From positions 1 to 39,008 of the forward strand of contig JALDZX010000103.1 in the NCBI GenBank assembly GCA_022813865.1: a DNA stretch of 39,008 nucleotides, in the 5' to 3' direction. Under the pieces are notes generated by a model. The model was given only the letters and a program-made list of their open reading frames with translations. It searched no databases and was not told where the DNA came from. The DNA comes from Xylographa opegraphella. Taxonomy: Eukaryota. The translations under genes and the position numbers were made by a program. Each line of letters begins with the position of its first letter. Positions within the stretch are counted from its first letter, which is position 1. Of the stretch, positions 13,063 to 24,969 are shown piece by piece.

Positions 13063-13170
13063 CCAGCGCTTCACTTCTTTGCTGGGAAGCCAGTCATTGC
13101 AAAGATCGCACAGCTTCCAGCACTTCACTTCTTTGCTGGGAAGCCAGTCATTGCAAAGATCGCACAGCTT
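13063..13170. repeat. Tandem duplication, 54 bp x 2
   Basis: 13063-13116 and 13117-13170 differ at one base (G/A). Confidence 0.95.
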
Positions 13171-13862
13171 CGAGCGTTCATTCTCGGAGATGTTGTATAT
13201 AGGTTGAGCGTCATCACTAAATAGCTACAAATTACCTAAATGAAGTAGCACCAGCATTGCTGTGGAGGACTGTTAGGTTCGGACTTGCATTCAAGATGTG
13301 TCATCATGCCGGTTCTCTTCCTATGCTCTGAGTCAATGACAGCTTGGGTTTACAAGGGTCATTGGAAATTGAATGGTTCGATTGTAAGAGCAGTGTCAGA
13401 ACTAACGCTGTCTTCGATTTGCAACGGTCAACGCGATGGTTGTCGTCTACCTTATGTCGAAAACGGATTCGCTGTGTCAATGCGGAGTATTTCATTCCCA
13501 TTGTACAGGGAAACTGCTATTCTGTATAGGATATGTTATAGTGTACATTTTAATGGATTTGTTCAATGTTGGACTTTTCAAATTTGGAGTTGGCTACTGG
13601 TTACTATTTAATAGTTCGACCTCTTATGTTATCACGTTTTGGCGTGAGGTGTTGTCAATGTTTAAGAAATTCCTTCACACCCAAAGTTTCGTAGTTCATT
13701 CACAACTTATATTTTCTCCAAAACACTAAGATAGATCGATCGATGAGTCACACAAATTATGCTTAGGCTGCTGGCTAGTAAATCCCTGGGGCAACTCTTG
13801 TTAAGGCAGTACACCTCGTTTTCAGATCCATACAATAACAGAGCACTCACTTGTATTCGAAC

Positions 13863-15118
13863 ATGTCTTCTCAGGACGATGATGGCGACTGGGAAACCGA
13901 TTCTGAAGCCTCTCCAGAATCAGACGACATCGAACCTTTAGACTGGGACATTTTTTTCGATACAAAGCCGGCTGAGTGGTTCCGAGACTCGAAAGGGTAC
14001 ACTCAATACAAAGACCAAGACAAAGGCCACATTGCAGGTCAGCACATCTTCCCACTATGTCAGACGAAGCTGACCTTCACAGAACACCCTGAGCACAGTA
14101 CACCATGTGGCTCCAAATTTCTGCAACATATGTTGCGCGATCTTTTTCTCATATTTGAGCTATTGGTCTCATCGTTCAGGATTTCAGACTGCCGAGGCCG
14201 GAGTTGTCCTAAGCAGCATTTGCAAGGAGATTAAGCGTCTTCAGAACCATCGCGAGCTCTTCCCAACCGAATATGTTGGTGAACAGTTCTTGGGTAATGT
14301 TTACGATATTTGTGGCTGGGTGGAGGAAGCATTTGGGTTCTTTCAAGAAGAACTCAATATGTGGCACAAGTTGTTTGACCTGGAGCTTGCAGAGATCAAA
14401 GCAGCCTCTTGGCCAACATTCCGGGCTGGTCGAAATCCCTGGCATCAGTTCCTTCATAATGGAGCTCCAGGTCATAGGGTTATCCCGAAGCAGGCCCCGA
14501 AAACAGAGAGCATGCAAATAATTCCTCCAGGTGGGCTCAATCTTCTCCAAGCATGGCAAACGGAAATCGAAGATATCCTGAAAACTTACGACGAGGTGAG
14601 CAAGCTACGTTTTGAATCTTCTGCGCTCAATGAAATTAAATAAGACCTGACTTTGTACTAATTTCTAGAGTAATAGCATCTAAGAATACAGCGAATTCCT
14701 TCCAAAGTTGTCGGTGATAAAAGGTCTTACTTGGCTGTAACTGGAAACATCCGCGTAATGGGAACGGTATATGCCCAATCCCAGGCATTCGGGTTAGGCT
14801 AACCTTTTGGGAAGTTCGCTGATGCAAATGGAGCCCCGATAATTGTCCCAGTGAGTCTCCACGTCACGCTGATCGTGCTCTGTGTCACATCTGACATACT
14901 AAGGAATCGTCCACGTTTTTGAGAGACTTTTCCACGAAATCAACTATGCCTTTAACGCAGCTATCTCAAGACTTTGGTAAGCATAAAGACGTTATTGGAA
15001 TAGTAGTATCATGTATGGCTAACCGAATGCAGAGGCATTCGAAGACAGGGTGGGACATTCGAATTATGGAACTAACTATGTCTGTGTCAGGGAGGGCCGT
15101 GTATCTCCAAGGAAATAG
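13863..15118 (+). CDS. Auxiliary MAT1-1 idiomorph gene (positionally MAT1-1-7/MAT1-1-4-like), ~300 aa, 7 exons, no recognisable domain
   Basis: Exons 13863-14037, 14083-14127 (or -14097), 14180-14595, 14677 (or 14692)-14766, 14815-14850, 14904-14976, 15033-15118 join in frame with branch-site/AG signals; acidic N-terminus MSSQDDDGDWETDSE; lies between APN2 and MAT1-1-1. Confidence 0.72.
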
Positions 15119-15531
15119 CATGTCGCAAAGACACAGCGCAATACCTTGACGGGACAATCTGCGCAGTGTTATGACCTGAGCTTAATTAGCGAACTGTAGA
15201 AATTCACATCGTGAAGTGAAATTAGGTAGCAAAGTATGACCAATAGCGGACGAGCTGTTCTTTGTTGTGAATGTATTAGGCCACCAACCTTGTGAATATT
15301 TTATGTGATTTCGCGAACAACACAACCCTCACACTATATTTCTTCCCAGCCACTTCTCTATCTCACTCTCTTCTTACCTCTTCATCTATCCTCCTTCCCA
15401 ACATCTCTTCAATTCCTCGATGCTTCAACTTTCAATCAACTCTTTGTTCAAGAAGATAATTTCTTGTTCATTCTTGACTCTCGAGTATACCCCCAAGGCG
15501 CAAACTTAGCTCATATCGACTCCAATCAAAA

Positions 15532-16658
15532 ATGCTATTCTCAGCAGTAGCATCACAGTCTCAAGCATCCAAGAACATCGTCAAGCAATACGGCCCAACC
15601 AAATCCGCTTCAGCGGTCTACACTGCTCGTCAGTTTGAAGCTTCTGCCGACTTGGACATGGCCAATGTTAACAAAGGTGATGTGAACATTGCCAAAGCAA
15701 AAGCCACTAGACCTTTGAATTCATTTATGATCTTTCGTAGTAAGAGAGTACTCAATATAATCATACACGGTGAACTAATGTTTCATAGGCCACTACAGCC
15801 AGATATTCAATGGCATGCAGCAGAAAGATATCTCTTCAAACGTGACCAACCTTTGGAAGCATGATCCGTTCAAGGCCAAGTGGACAATCCTAGCTAAAGC
15901 ATATTCCGTGATTCGAGATGCCAGCGGTAAACAGAACACACCTCTCAACAAGTTCATTTTACTCAATGGCCCCTATATTGGGATCCTTTCTTCTGAAAAC
16001 TATCTCAGCACTCTTGGCTGGGAACTATGTGTCGTCGACGATCAGCTTAAGCTGTTTCGTATGTCTGAGGTGGAGTTCGCTTCACTTGATGAGGGTTTTC
16101 GCACCACGAACTTGTCAGTCGACAACATTATAGCCTATAGCATCGACATGGGTTATGTCGCTGCAGAATGTAGTGGTCTACCTATGCAGCCCAACGAGCC
16201 ATCCATGGTCATGGCATCATCCTCTGTTCAGCGTGCTCCTGCCAAACATGGATTCTCAGCACGGAGGCTCCACAGGAACAAACATTGTTGCGGTAGGCAT
16301 GTCCACTACCATCGCCACGGGCTCGAACGCAAACATCAGCGGTTCAAACATTGTTCTCAATACTCCAACTACTGCTACCACTGGTGCGACTAATGACGCA
16401 TGGCTCGCTGCTACAATTCAGCAGATAATTGACGAGGACGTAGCAGACGAAGCTGCGGAATCTGTGGCTGACAACGATGACATCAGCCTAATCATGCTTA
16501 GCAGTGAATTCTATGCTCTCGAGACTGAATACCCCTTCAATGAAGAATTCGAGCCTGATCGTCCTGCTTTCGAGTTCGATCCATACATGGGCGATGCGTT
16601 CAATGCCTACAACATCGGAGACTTTACGGAGGGAAATGCCTTTGCATTCCAGTACTAA
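15532..16658 (+). CDS. MAT1-1-1: Mating-type alpha-box transcription factor with apparent +1 frameshift near 16244-16246
   Basis: RPLNSFMIFR-S-HYSQIF across the conserved alpha-box intron 15740-15788; QKDISS..LWKHDPFKAKWTILAKAYSVIRD. The spliced frame stops at 16393, while the acidic/aromatic tail (EYPFNEEFEP..FDPYMGDAFNAYNI) is in the +1 frame ending 16658. Confidence 0.93.
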
Positions 16659-17763
16659 AAGGTTTGACACGAGCACAACCAAAGCAAGTGCCCCACTAAT
16701 TGTAATCTAGATTGCCACAAATTCCAAGTCAACCAAAGCTTGCGTATTTTCGATCGTTACAGATAACGAGAAGTCGTCGAAATTATCGGAGCGCATGACC
16801 TTCTGAGGTTCGCATGGAATGTTGTTCGCTTTATGAAATTTGACCAATTGAAGTAAAATGAGCAGGGGGCTGAGAGGGTGTGAGAAGAAACACGAACACA
16901 AGTGGTGCCGCTACCCATATTTGTTTATCGATGCAACACACCAATAGATAGATACCTAGATAGCTCAAGCATCAAAATTAACCTGGCAAGGTGAATGTAC
17001 CGCTCAGTTCTTGACGTAAGGTAGTTAGTCTGGTTTATTCCGTAGCCTAACTGGTGATTGTTTCCCGAGAGGTAATTGCGACACGATTGAGACTGGACTT
17101 TGGCAACGGCTTATTTCCTTTCTTCATTGAACAAGATAATTGTATCGACGGGCCGCACAGTTATGCAAGGGCATAGATAAATACTTAGAGTTGGTACGGT
17201 GAAAGTTGGCCACGATTTAATTGACCTTCTCCGATAAAATCAGTCGAGCAAGACGCCACTTACGGTCTACAAAATCAATAACAACGAGTGCCGTGCTTTG
17301 TATATAGGTGATCAAGCCTGGAATTGTGTACGGAAGTGCTTTGGTTCTAGTGAGTCGTCCGAACTCGTTGCTTTCCCACTATCGAAACGGTCATGGTAGT
17401 CAGGATGTTAGCCACAGACTGTAGCCGGAACCATTACGAAACACAAGCATGCAGGATATGGCTGTCAACAGCAAAGGGCCACCCAGTGCAGCCGTGATGA
17501 CATTTTCGAGTAAGCCTTGATTTATAGGCAACCGCAAGCACTTCCGAAGTCGCCTCACTTGGGTACAGTGAGGTCCCGAGACCTTTATAATGCCTCCAGA
17601 GTGGTACATTGTACATGAATGCTATAATGTCATGGAAGGTTCCAGCGTGTGATTTTAGGTATGAAGGTGAGATTCTGCGTTCCACCTCTGTATTGTAGAA
17701 GTCCTTGCATACGCATGGCAGACCTCGCCGTAACCTCCATATTACCGATGCAAATTTCGCTAT

Positions 17764-20700
17764 TCATTCCTCTTGGTACGAAATCTTCCGCATCTCCCCT
17801 AGTCTTTGCCGTGCTTGTGCAAGGTTGTTTTCTAGCTGCAGAATCTCAACCTAATTGTGCTCAGTAGTAAGCTTGCGTTCCTGATAAGATAATGCAGATG
17901 GGTATCGAACCTGTTGCTCCATCTCTCGGACCTTGAATTCGTGCCCGCTCATTTTTCCATAGTCCAGCTCCTCGCCTTCGTCCCGATTTCTTTGGCTGAT
18001 AATCTCTTGCACCTGCCTTACCAGCCCTCTGCAAGATTTACCGACGGCTTTACTGGCTTCTTCCAAACGGTCCTGCGCCCGCGACCCAAAGTTCGCTTTG
18101 ACCCTACTGGCGGCCACAAGTTGCGCCGTACTTGCAGCGACGTCATTGCTTGCCACAATGAGCTGCTCCGGACTATTTCTCCTGCTGATGACACCATCCG
18201 CGGTTTCGATCAGAATATTGGTAGAGGAGGCGACGGCCTTCGCGGCACTTATAAGTCCCTCTGTCCAGCGATTATTCTTCTTGTAGAATGCTGTTCTCGA
18301 AGAAGAGCCTCGACCTTCTTTGACAATCTCGTGCTGCAAAGCAGTTGCAGCCTTGATAAGCTGGGCAATAGCGTTAGTAACGGCAATGGCGGCCTCTAAT
18401 ATACTATCATGAATCTTGAGCTCGTACAAGCTATAGCCGTCCCTAGGTTTCTTCCTAAGCTTGTTCAATTTTTCGGCCGCAGCATCAATGGCATTTGCCG
18501 CGCTCGTCAATTCTCGGTCGACCATATCCCCTAGATCACCACTTTGGCTTGAAAGCTTTGCTGATTTAGGTGCGAAAGCATCAGCAAGCTTAGAGAGTTT
18601 CTGCAGGTTCATCTGTACCTCGTGGGCGTTGTTGATCACCACGTCTGTCTTCTGGATCGGTTCTAAGCCCTCAAGGCGGAATGATTGGAGAGCGCGAAAG
18701 AACGTTACACTGGCCTGCGCAGATTGTCGTGCAGCATTAATAAGCTGGTCAGCTTTCTTTTCTTCTGTCGCGAACCGGCTTAGTCCTTTCGTATTCGATA
18801 GAACATCGGCAATTGAACCTGCGAACACGCTGACAGTCCGAATAATCTCCGCATGAGGGCTGTTAGGACCATCGGCAATAAAGTTGTTGAATGCGGTAGA
18901 GAACTCTGTTGCACTCGAGGATGCCTTTTCAATCTGGGAAAGCACATAAGATGCTGAAGCGTTCTGGTTTCCAGCTTGCATGGTCGACTCAAGTTCGTAC
19001 AGTGCATCATCCACTCTCTGAACACCACTTTGTAGCACAGAATCAATAATATCGTTTATTTTCTGAATATTGCCGAGTAACACGGCGTCGATTTGATCGT
19101 CTAAAGCTTTGTCGGTTTCTCCACCATGCTATACCTGTTAGCTCCTGGCGATCTTCAACATTTCCAATATAATTACCATTTGCAGTTCGTGTAGATCCAG
19201 CAACGCTTGATCCATAGCAGATTTTGATATTTCCAGCTCTTCCTCCTTCTCTCGCAGAGCGCGTTCGAGGCTGCTGTCGCGTTCTCCATATTTTGACTGG
19301 AAGTCGTCCAAAATCCGCGATTTGTTCTTGCACGTTGTTAGAAAAATATTGATAACTTTCTCCAAGATACATTACCCGCAGGGCTTCCTCCAGATCAGCC
19401 ATCTCCCTATTATACTTAGCAATCATGGATGAAAGTTCAAATCCTTTGGATCTTTCCACGTCATCCGCTCTGTCCAAAGCCATTCGAAGTTCTCGTTTCA
19501 GCTTGTCGAGCTCTTCTCGGTTTCCACCGTTAAGTCGATCTTTTTCATGAAGAGCTCGATCGCGCTCCCGAATCATATCAGCCAGCTCGAGATTCTTGGT
19601 CTTGATCTCGCGCTCCAGCTTTTCTCGCTTTTCGATAGCTTCTTGTGCTGATGCGGCTCTGAGCTGAACGCTCTTGAATTTCTGTAACAGATCTAGATGT
19701 TCTGTCCGTAATTGGGAATAGAGCTTTGCGAGAGCTTCGTACTTGGAGCGCCACGTGTTTACCTGTTCCTGTAGAGCTCTTACCTGGTCATCCTTTGATT
19801 CATTTTGTTGGTTGAAAGTGCTATTAAGTTGGTTGAATTGTGTCTCAAGATCCTTAACCCGCCGATCATACTGTTGTAACATAAGTTGATCCTGTTCGTA
19901 TTGAGCCCTGGCATTGAGATTCTCCCGCTCCAGCTCAACCATACGACCGCTAGTCTGTTGCTGGTATTGCTCTCGCATGAGTTGCTCATCTGCTAGCCTT
20001 TGTTGTTCAGCCAGGAGTCGCTGCTGTTCCTCAAAATCCCGTTGCGCCTGCTGCTGCTGTAGTTGCTGCTGGTACTGCTGCTGATTCCATTGCTCTTGCA
20101 GTTGTCGTTGCTGGGTCTCATAATCTTCTTGCTGCCGTCTTTGAGAGTCTTGCCAAAATTCATTGATTGGTTCCGGTTCGGTAGTTGCAGCGGCCTGTTC
20201 TCGTAGCGGTGAAAGGTCTCGAGCTCTCGGCAGTTCATTCTTCGGTCTTTGAGGTAAGGCGGGGCGTTCTTCGTCATCGGCGAGTAAATTTGGAGGGTCC
20301 TGAAGTAATTTCGGCACGCTAATCAGGCTTGTGAGATACCGCAGATTTGAACATTCGTAATAGAACTTGAGCAAACGGTAATATTGAGTATCGTATCTGC
20401 TCCGCAAGGGCTCCAGTGCATCCTCATCGCCAGTTGCTAGCAGCAGATAAGCATTGGATGATATACAGGAAGGCTACAGATCTCACTGGTATGCATAGCA
20501 CGCAACATAGATGTGATAAACTTATAGATTCCATAGCTCTCTTGAACCAAAGGTACCAAAGCTGAGATTCTACATTCATTGTTCGCTCCGCTCCGAAAAT
20601 GTGAGAAGATGAGTTTTTGAAACGAGTCTATCTGATCCTGAAGTGTCATCAGATCAGAGATGGTCTCGTATCTGCGATTCGTCAGCTCTGCAGTATACCA

Positions 20701-21583
20701 GTCATTTCACAGTGCACTCGCCCTTCGTTGGGGTCATTGATGGATTTGAGACTAATATATTCCTCGTATTCGAAGAGACCTGCGTTGGACTTTAGCGCAT
20801 AGCTCAATCGACTTCCGCGACGCATTACCATTGAATTCAGGATGCTGTTTATGAAACGAGAGTTTGGCGAGCAGGAAATAAACGTATTCCTTAAGCAACG
20901 GTCCGTACCCTAGCATACTAAGCTTCTTCCAATCATGGCAGACCTAGATCTGATTATACCTCGCACACCTTCGCCAGATACTCCTCGTGTCAGGCTTTCC
21001 AGCCAGCTAGTATTTGGCTGTGCTTCCCTCACGGCAATCGGATGTCCTTCCTGCAGTACTTTGTGTATAGTGATCAATGCCTTGAAAGTCTGTACTTCGT
21101 CTGCAAGGATAGGCTGCCTATAAGAACAGAAATTTTACCATCAGCGTTGACAAAATCACGGTATCCCTACTGAAAGGACTCAACAGGGTCGAGCTTTTGT
21201 AGACTCACACTTTCATGCCCGCCCAGAATGACAGCGACGACTTGTGATCCCAAGTGTAAACAATACACGCCCGAACATGCTTTCCTAGTCCCTAGTGAAT
21301 ACCGCATAACATCTCAAGTGGTAAAGAGAGACGATTAGCGTACGTTTGGGAGCGGTTTCTTCTGCATTTCCGAACACAATCAGTACTGGTCACAAGAGCT
21401 GTATGTGCAGGAGCACTCGCCGATACTCGTAGCTTTCCTAATGTTAATGGCTAAGTCTGTTTCTGATCTGCCCATACGTCAAATAATGGCACGAATGCTT
21501 GCTTGTCACCTGCGCATAGAGCAAACTGCTTACCTCCCCAGGTCGACATTGCGCGCAGTTGTAGAACCATAGCCACTGGACAT
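17764..21583 (-). CDS. SLA2: Cytoskeleton assembly/endocytosis adaptor Sla2 (ANTH, coiled coil, talin-like I/LWEQ), multi-exon
   Basis: IRKATSIEETAPKRKHVRACIVYTWDHKSS; Q-rich linker; FYKKNNRWTEGLISAAKAVA, STAQLVAASRVKA; last exon VEILQLENNLAQARQRLGEMRKISYQEE*; includes GC-AG intron 21420-21362 and 18-nt exon 21361-21344. Confidence 0.96.
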
Positions 21584-22382
21584 GGCGGATCACGATCACA
21601 GTTCATGTGGTAGATTCGCAACGTAGCCGCTGTCTGGAGACAAATACTGCTGGAACAAGCTATCGAAAGAAGAGGTGATGGGCTAAGAAAGCACGTTGAA
21701 GTGGGGTATTTTTGGGTGGTTATGGTATCGCGAAGATTGTTTCACAATATAAATAAGATAGTTTTGAGGACCTTCAGGATACAAAAAATCCTTGTGTAAA
21801 ACTCGAGTTTAGCGGCGTTATATATATTCACGTAAAGCCGCGTAAATAGGATATCGGCCCTCCCGCGCCTGAATGCGTTCAACTTTAATTGTTTTTACAA
21901 CTAAGGGCCTGTTCTGCAACTTCGGGTAGGTTTAGTAAATTTTAAGCTACTAAAAATTCAGTAAATTGCGAACCTATCAAAATATTCGATAAATTCGAAT
22001 AGATTCGAACACGTAATTAAAACGTTCGGTAATTGTTTTAATATTAATAAATAAAATTAATAAAATTACGCGATTTATATTATTTATTAAATTAAATCCT
22101 GAAATACTTCGAAATAATCGTATATCGATGCAAAGATTTTATAGATTTAAATTTAGTTAAACGTATTTTATATAAATATTGTATTAAAAAATTTAGTAAT
22201 AATAAAATATATGTTTTGACGTCGTAATTATTTCAACTTTTTATTTTTATTTTTATAAGAAATTTCTTTAAATTATTTATATATATTAATATAAAAATTA
22301 TTTAAAAAAGTTTTAAAATTATATGTTAATTAAATTTGGATTATAATTTTAATTTGAATAAAAAGCCTTCGCGATTTAACAG

Positions 22383-22565
22383 TGTGACGGCTATGACATC
22401 AGTCACAAGTAATAGGGGTCGGGCTGGATCAGGACTAGCACCTTNAGTATATAGTCTCGCCCATGGAGCAGCCTCACCGCTTCTCCATCTTAATCTGGGT
22501 TGAAATCGTCCACCTTAAGCTTACGTTCTAGGCGTGCTTGCGTGGTGAGTTGATAAGCCATAACA
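22383..22565. mobile_element. Solo LTR, family A copy 1 (183 bp)
   Basis: TGTGA...TAACA ends; 5-bp TSD AACAG on both sides; near-identical to 25213-25395. Confidence 0.9.
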
Positions 22566-24777
22566 AACAGCGATTAAATCTTTTAATACGAGATTCAAAA
22601 CGGTAGCGTAAAATACGATAATATCGTTAATATAAACTTAAAATGATAAATTAAAAATTATTAATAAATCATTACTTTTTAAAAATAAATTAAAAAATTT
22701 AAAAAAATTTTAACTTGCGTAAAAAGATATTGATTTAAACGCTTTCGATTTTAAAAGAAATAAAACAATTAACACGATAACGTACTTTAATAAAAATTTA
22801 AAAAGGTTATTAGTACTTAATTAATAGCGATTAATTAAAAAAATATATTCATAATTTTTAAAATTATTCAAAAACCGCTTAAACTCGGTAAAAAAAAGTT
22901 ATAAATACGAAAATTTTAATCGAATTATTTAAAGAATTCGCGGCGATAAAAAACGTTATTTGAATTATAAAATCGATATTGACCGTAAAATTAATAGTAA
23001 TTATAACTAATTTCGATAGTTTAATAGTCGATTTAATTATTATAAACATATTTATATTTATAATTAAGGAGAATTTATAAATAAATGTTATTTTCGCTAT
23101 CGCTACTTTTATTTTTATATTAGATATTTTAAACTTTTACGTATTTTCGTTTTTAGCGGCGTTTTTTTTCGTTCGAGAATTTTTCGCAGACAAAAAAAAT
23201 ATTTATAATTATATAATTATAAGCGATATATAAATTTATTAATATTAAAAACGCGATCGTTGCGCACGTAATGAAATTACAGAAAAAAATTAAAAAATTA
23301 ATAATACGTTTATAATTACAGCGCGCGCGAAAGAATAAAAATTCGTTTAATCAAAATTTCGAGTTTTTTTTTTTAAAAAAAAAAGGTAAATACGAAAATT
23401 TATAATTATTTAAATCAGGAAATAAAAAATAAATTTATTTTATTAAAAAAAACCAAAAAAATAATAATAAATAAATTAAATAAATTATTATTAATATATA
23501 TAACGTAATCGTTTTATATCAATCAAGCGATTTTAATCTCGTTTTTTATTTAATTTAATCGTCGATAATAATTAAAAAAATATAATTATTATCGACGACT
23601 ATATTATTTTTTGTTATTTGATTTAATTTTTTTAAAAATGGTCTTTCGAATAAAACTGTATAATTTATAAAAAATAAATATAAATTTTATTTAATTCCGA
23701 AAAATGTATTTTAAACTAAATTATAAAATTCGAAATCATTTTTTTTAAATATTAAAAATAAGCTCGATCGCGTTGCTCAGGAAAAAGTATTAAAAATTAA
23801 AAAAGAAATTATTTTCGAATTTGTGTTAATTTATTAATAAAAATATACGATAAAAATAATTTATTTAACATTTATAATTCTTTTTTTCTGTAATTAATAT
23901 TGAATTTTTTTTTAAAAAGTTAAAAGTTAATTACGATTAACATATTTTATATTCGCGAAATAACATTTATTTTACAAAATTAAAATTTTTTTATTCTAAA
24001 TAATATTATTGTATATGAAATTTTTTTATTTAAATAAAACGTACGTAAATTACAATTTGAAATTATGAATCGCGAGTACGTTTTGTAAAGAATATCTTTT
24101 ATAATTTCGTAACGAGATCGTCGTTTTCGCCGTAAAAAAAGTATTAATATAAATTTTATTTAAAATATTTAAATAATTCGCAAAGTATTTATACTTCTTT
24201 TTACTTTTTTTAAGCCCGGGCGAAAAAGGTAATCAGCAAAAAAGAAAAGCGAAAATAATAAAAAACGAAGGAAATTTAATAAAAATAACGTTAAAAATTA
24301 TAAAAAAACGAAAAATTTAATAATAATAATTATTTATTTATTGAGATATAAATTTATAAAAATAAATCGTAAAAATAATTATTTTAATATTATATTAAAA
24401 AATGTATTAAAAACGTTTCGTAACGTTTTATAATAATTCATCGTGATTTACGATCGCGAGGAAAATCGCGAATTTTTTTTTATAAAAAAACGCGTAATTT
24501 TTTAAATTCGTTTTTTATCTTTAAAATAAATAAATAATTATTTAAAAATACGCAAAAATATTCAAAAAACGATCGTTTTGCGCGTTGAATATTTATAAAA
24601 TATTAAATGAATAATATATACGATTTCAATATAATACAAATTATATTAAAATAATTTCGTATAATAAATATTATAATAATTAATAAATAAAATAAATATT
24701 AAAAATAATCGTTTAGTTCATAAAAATTTGTCGTAAAAATAAAGCGTTTATAATTACCCAAGAAAATATATTGAATT

Positions 24778-24969
24778 TGTTGAAAATCCAGGGGGTTAGC
24801 GCAGCCTGTGTTGTCGGCTTGTACTATAGCCAATTAGGACTAGCTTAGTACAGGACTCGAAGAGTCTTCTGAAGCTTCCGCTTCAGGAGAACTCTTCACC
24901 TTCTTAGTGATTAAGCAATGCACTGCTATCTGCTGCCAAAACCCCTGTGCCTAGTGATTAAATTCAACA
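24778..24969. mobile_element. Solo LTR, family B (192 bp)
   Basis: TGTTGAA...TTCAACA inverted ends; 5-bp TSD GAATT on both sides; GC-balanced island in RIP'd DNA. Confidence 0.88.

Noticed and set aside
12629..13862. MAT1-2-1 HMG-box remnant beside APN2, including ORFs 12856-13224 and 12889-13128
   Set aside because: No RPxNAFILYR or HPxYKYxPR-like motif seen in the frames inspected; a very degenerate relic would need tBLASTn.
16247..16393. His/Cys-rich tail of MAT1-1-1 as a metal-binding domain
   Set aside because: Better explained as out-of-frame reading of the Thr/Ala/Gly-rich +1 frame.
16700..17700. Extra gene between MAT1-1-1 and SLA2 (ORFs 16707-16901, 17434-17685)
   Set aside because: No coherent exon chain or recognisable motif.
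19980..20140. CTG/TTG-rich tract in SLA2 as a repeat expansion
   Set aside because: Encodes the ordinary Q-rich linker of Sla2.
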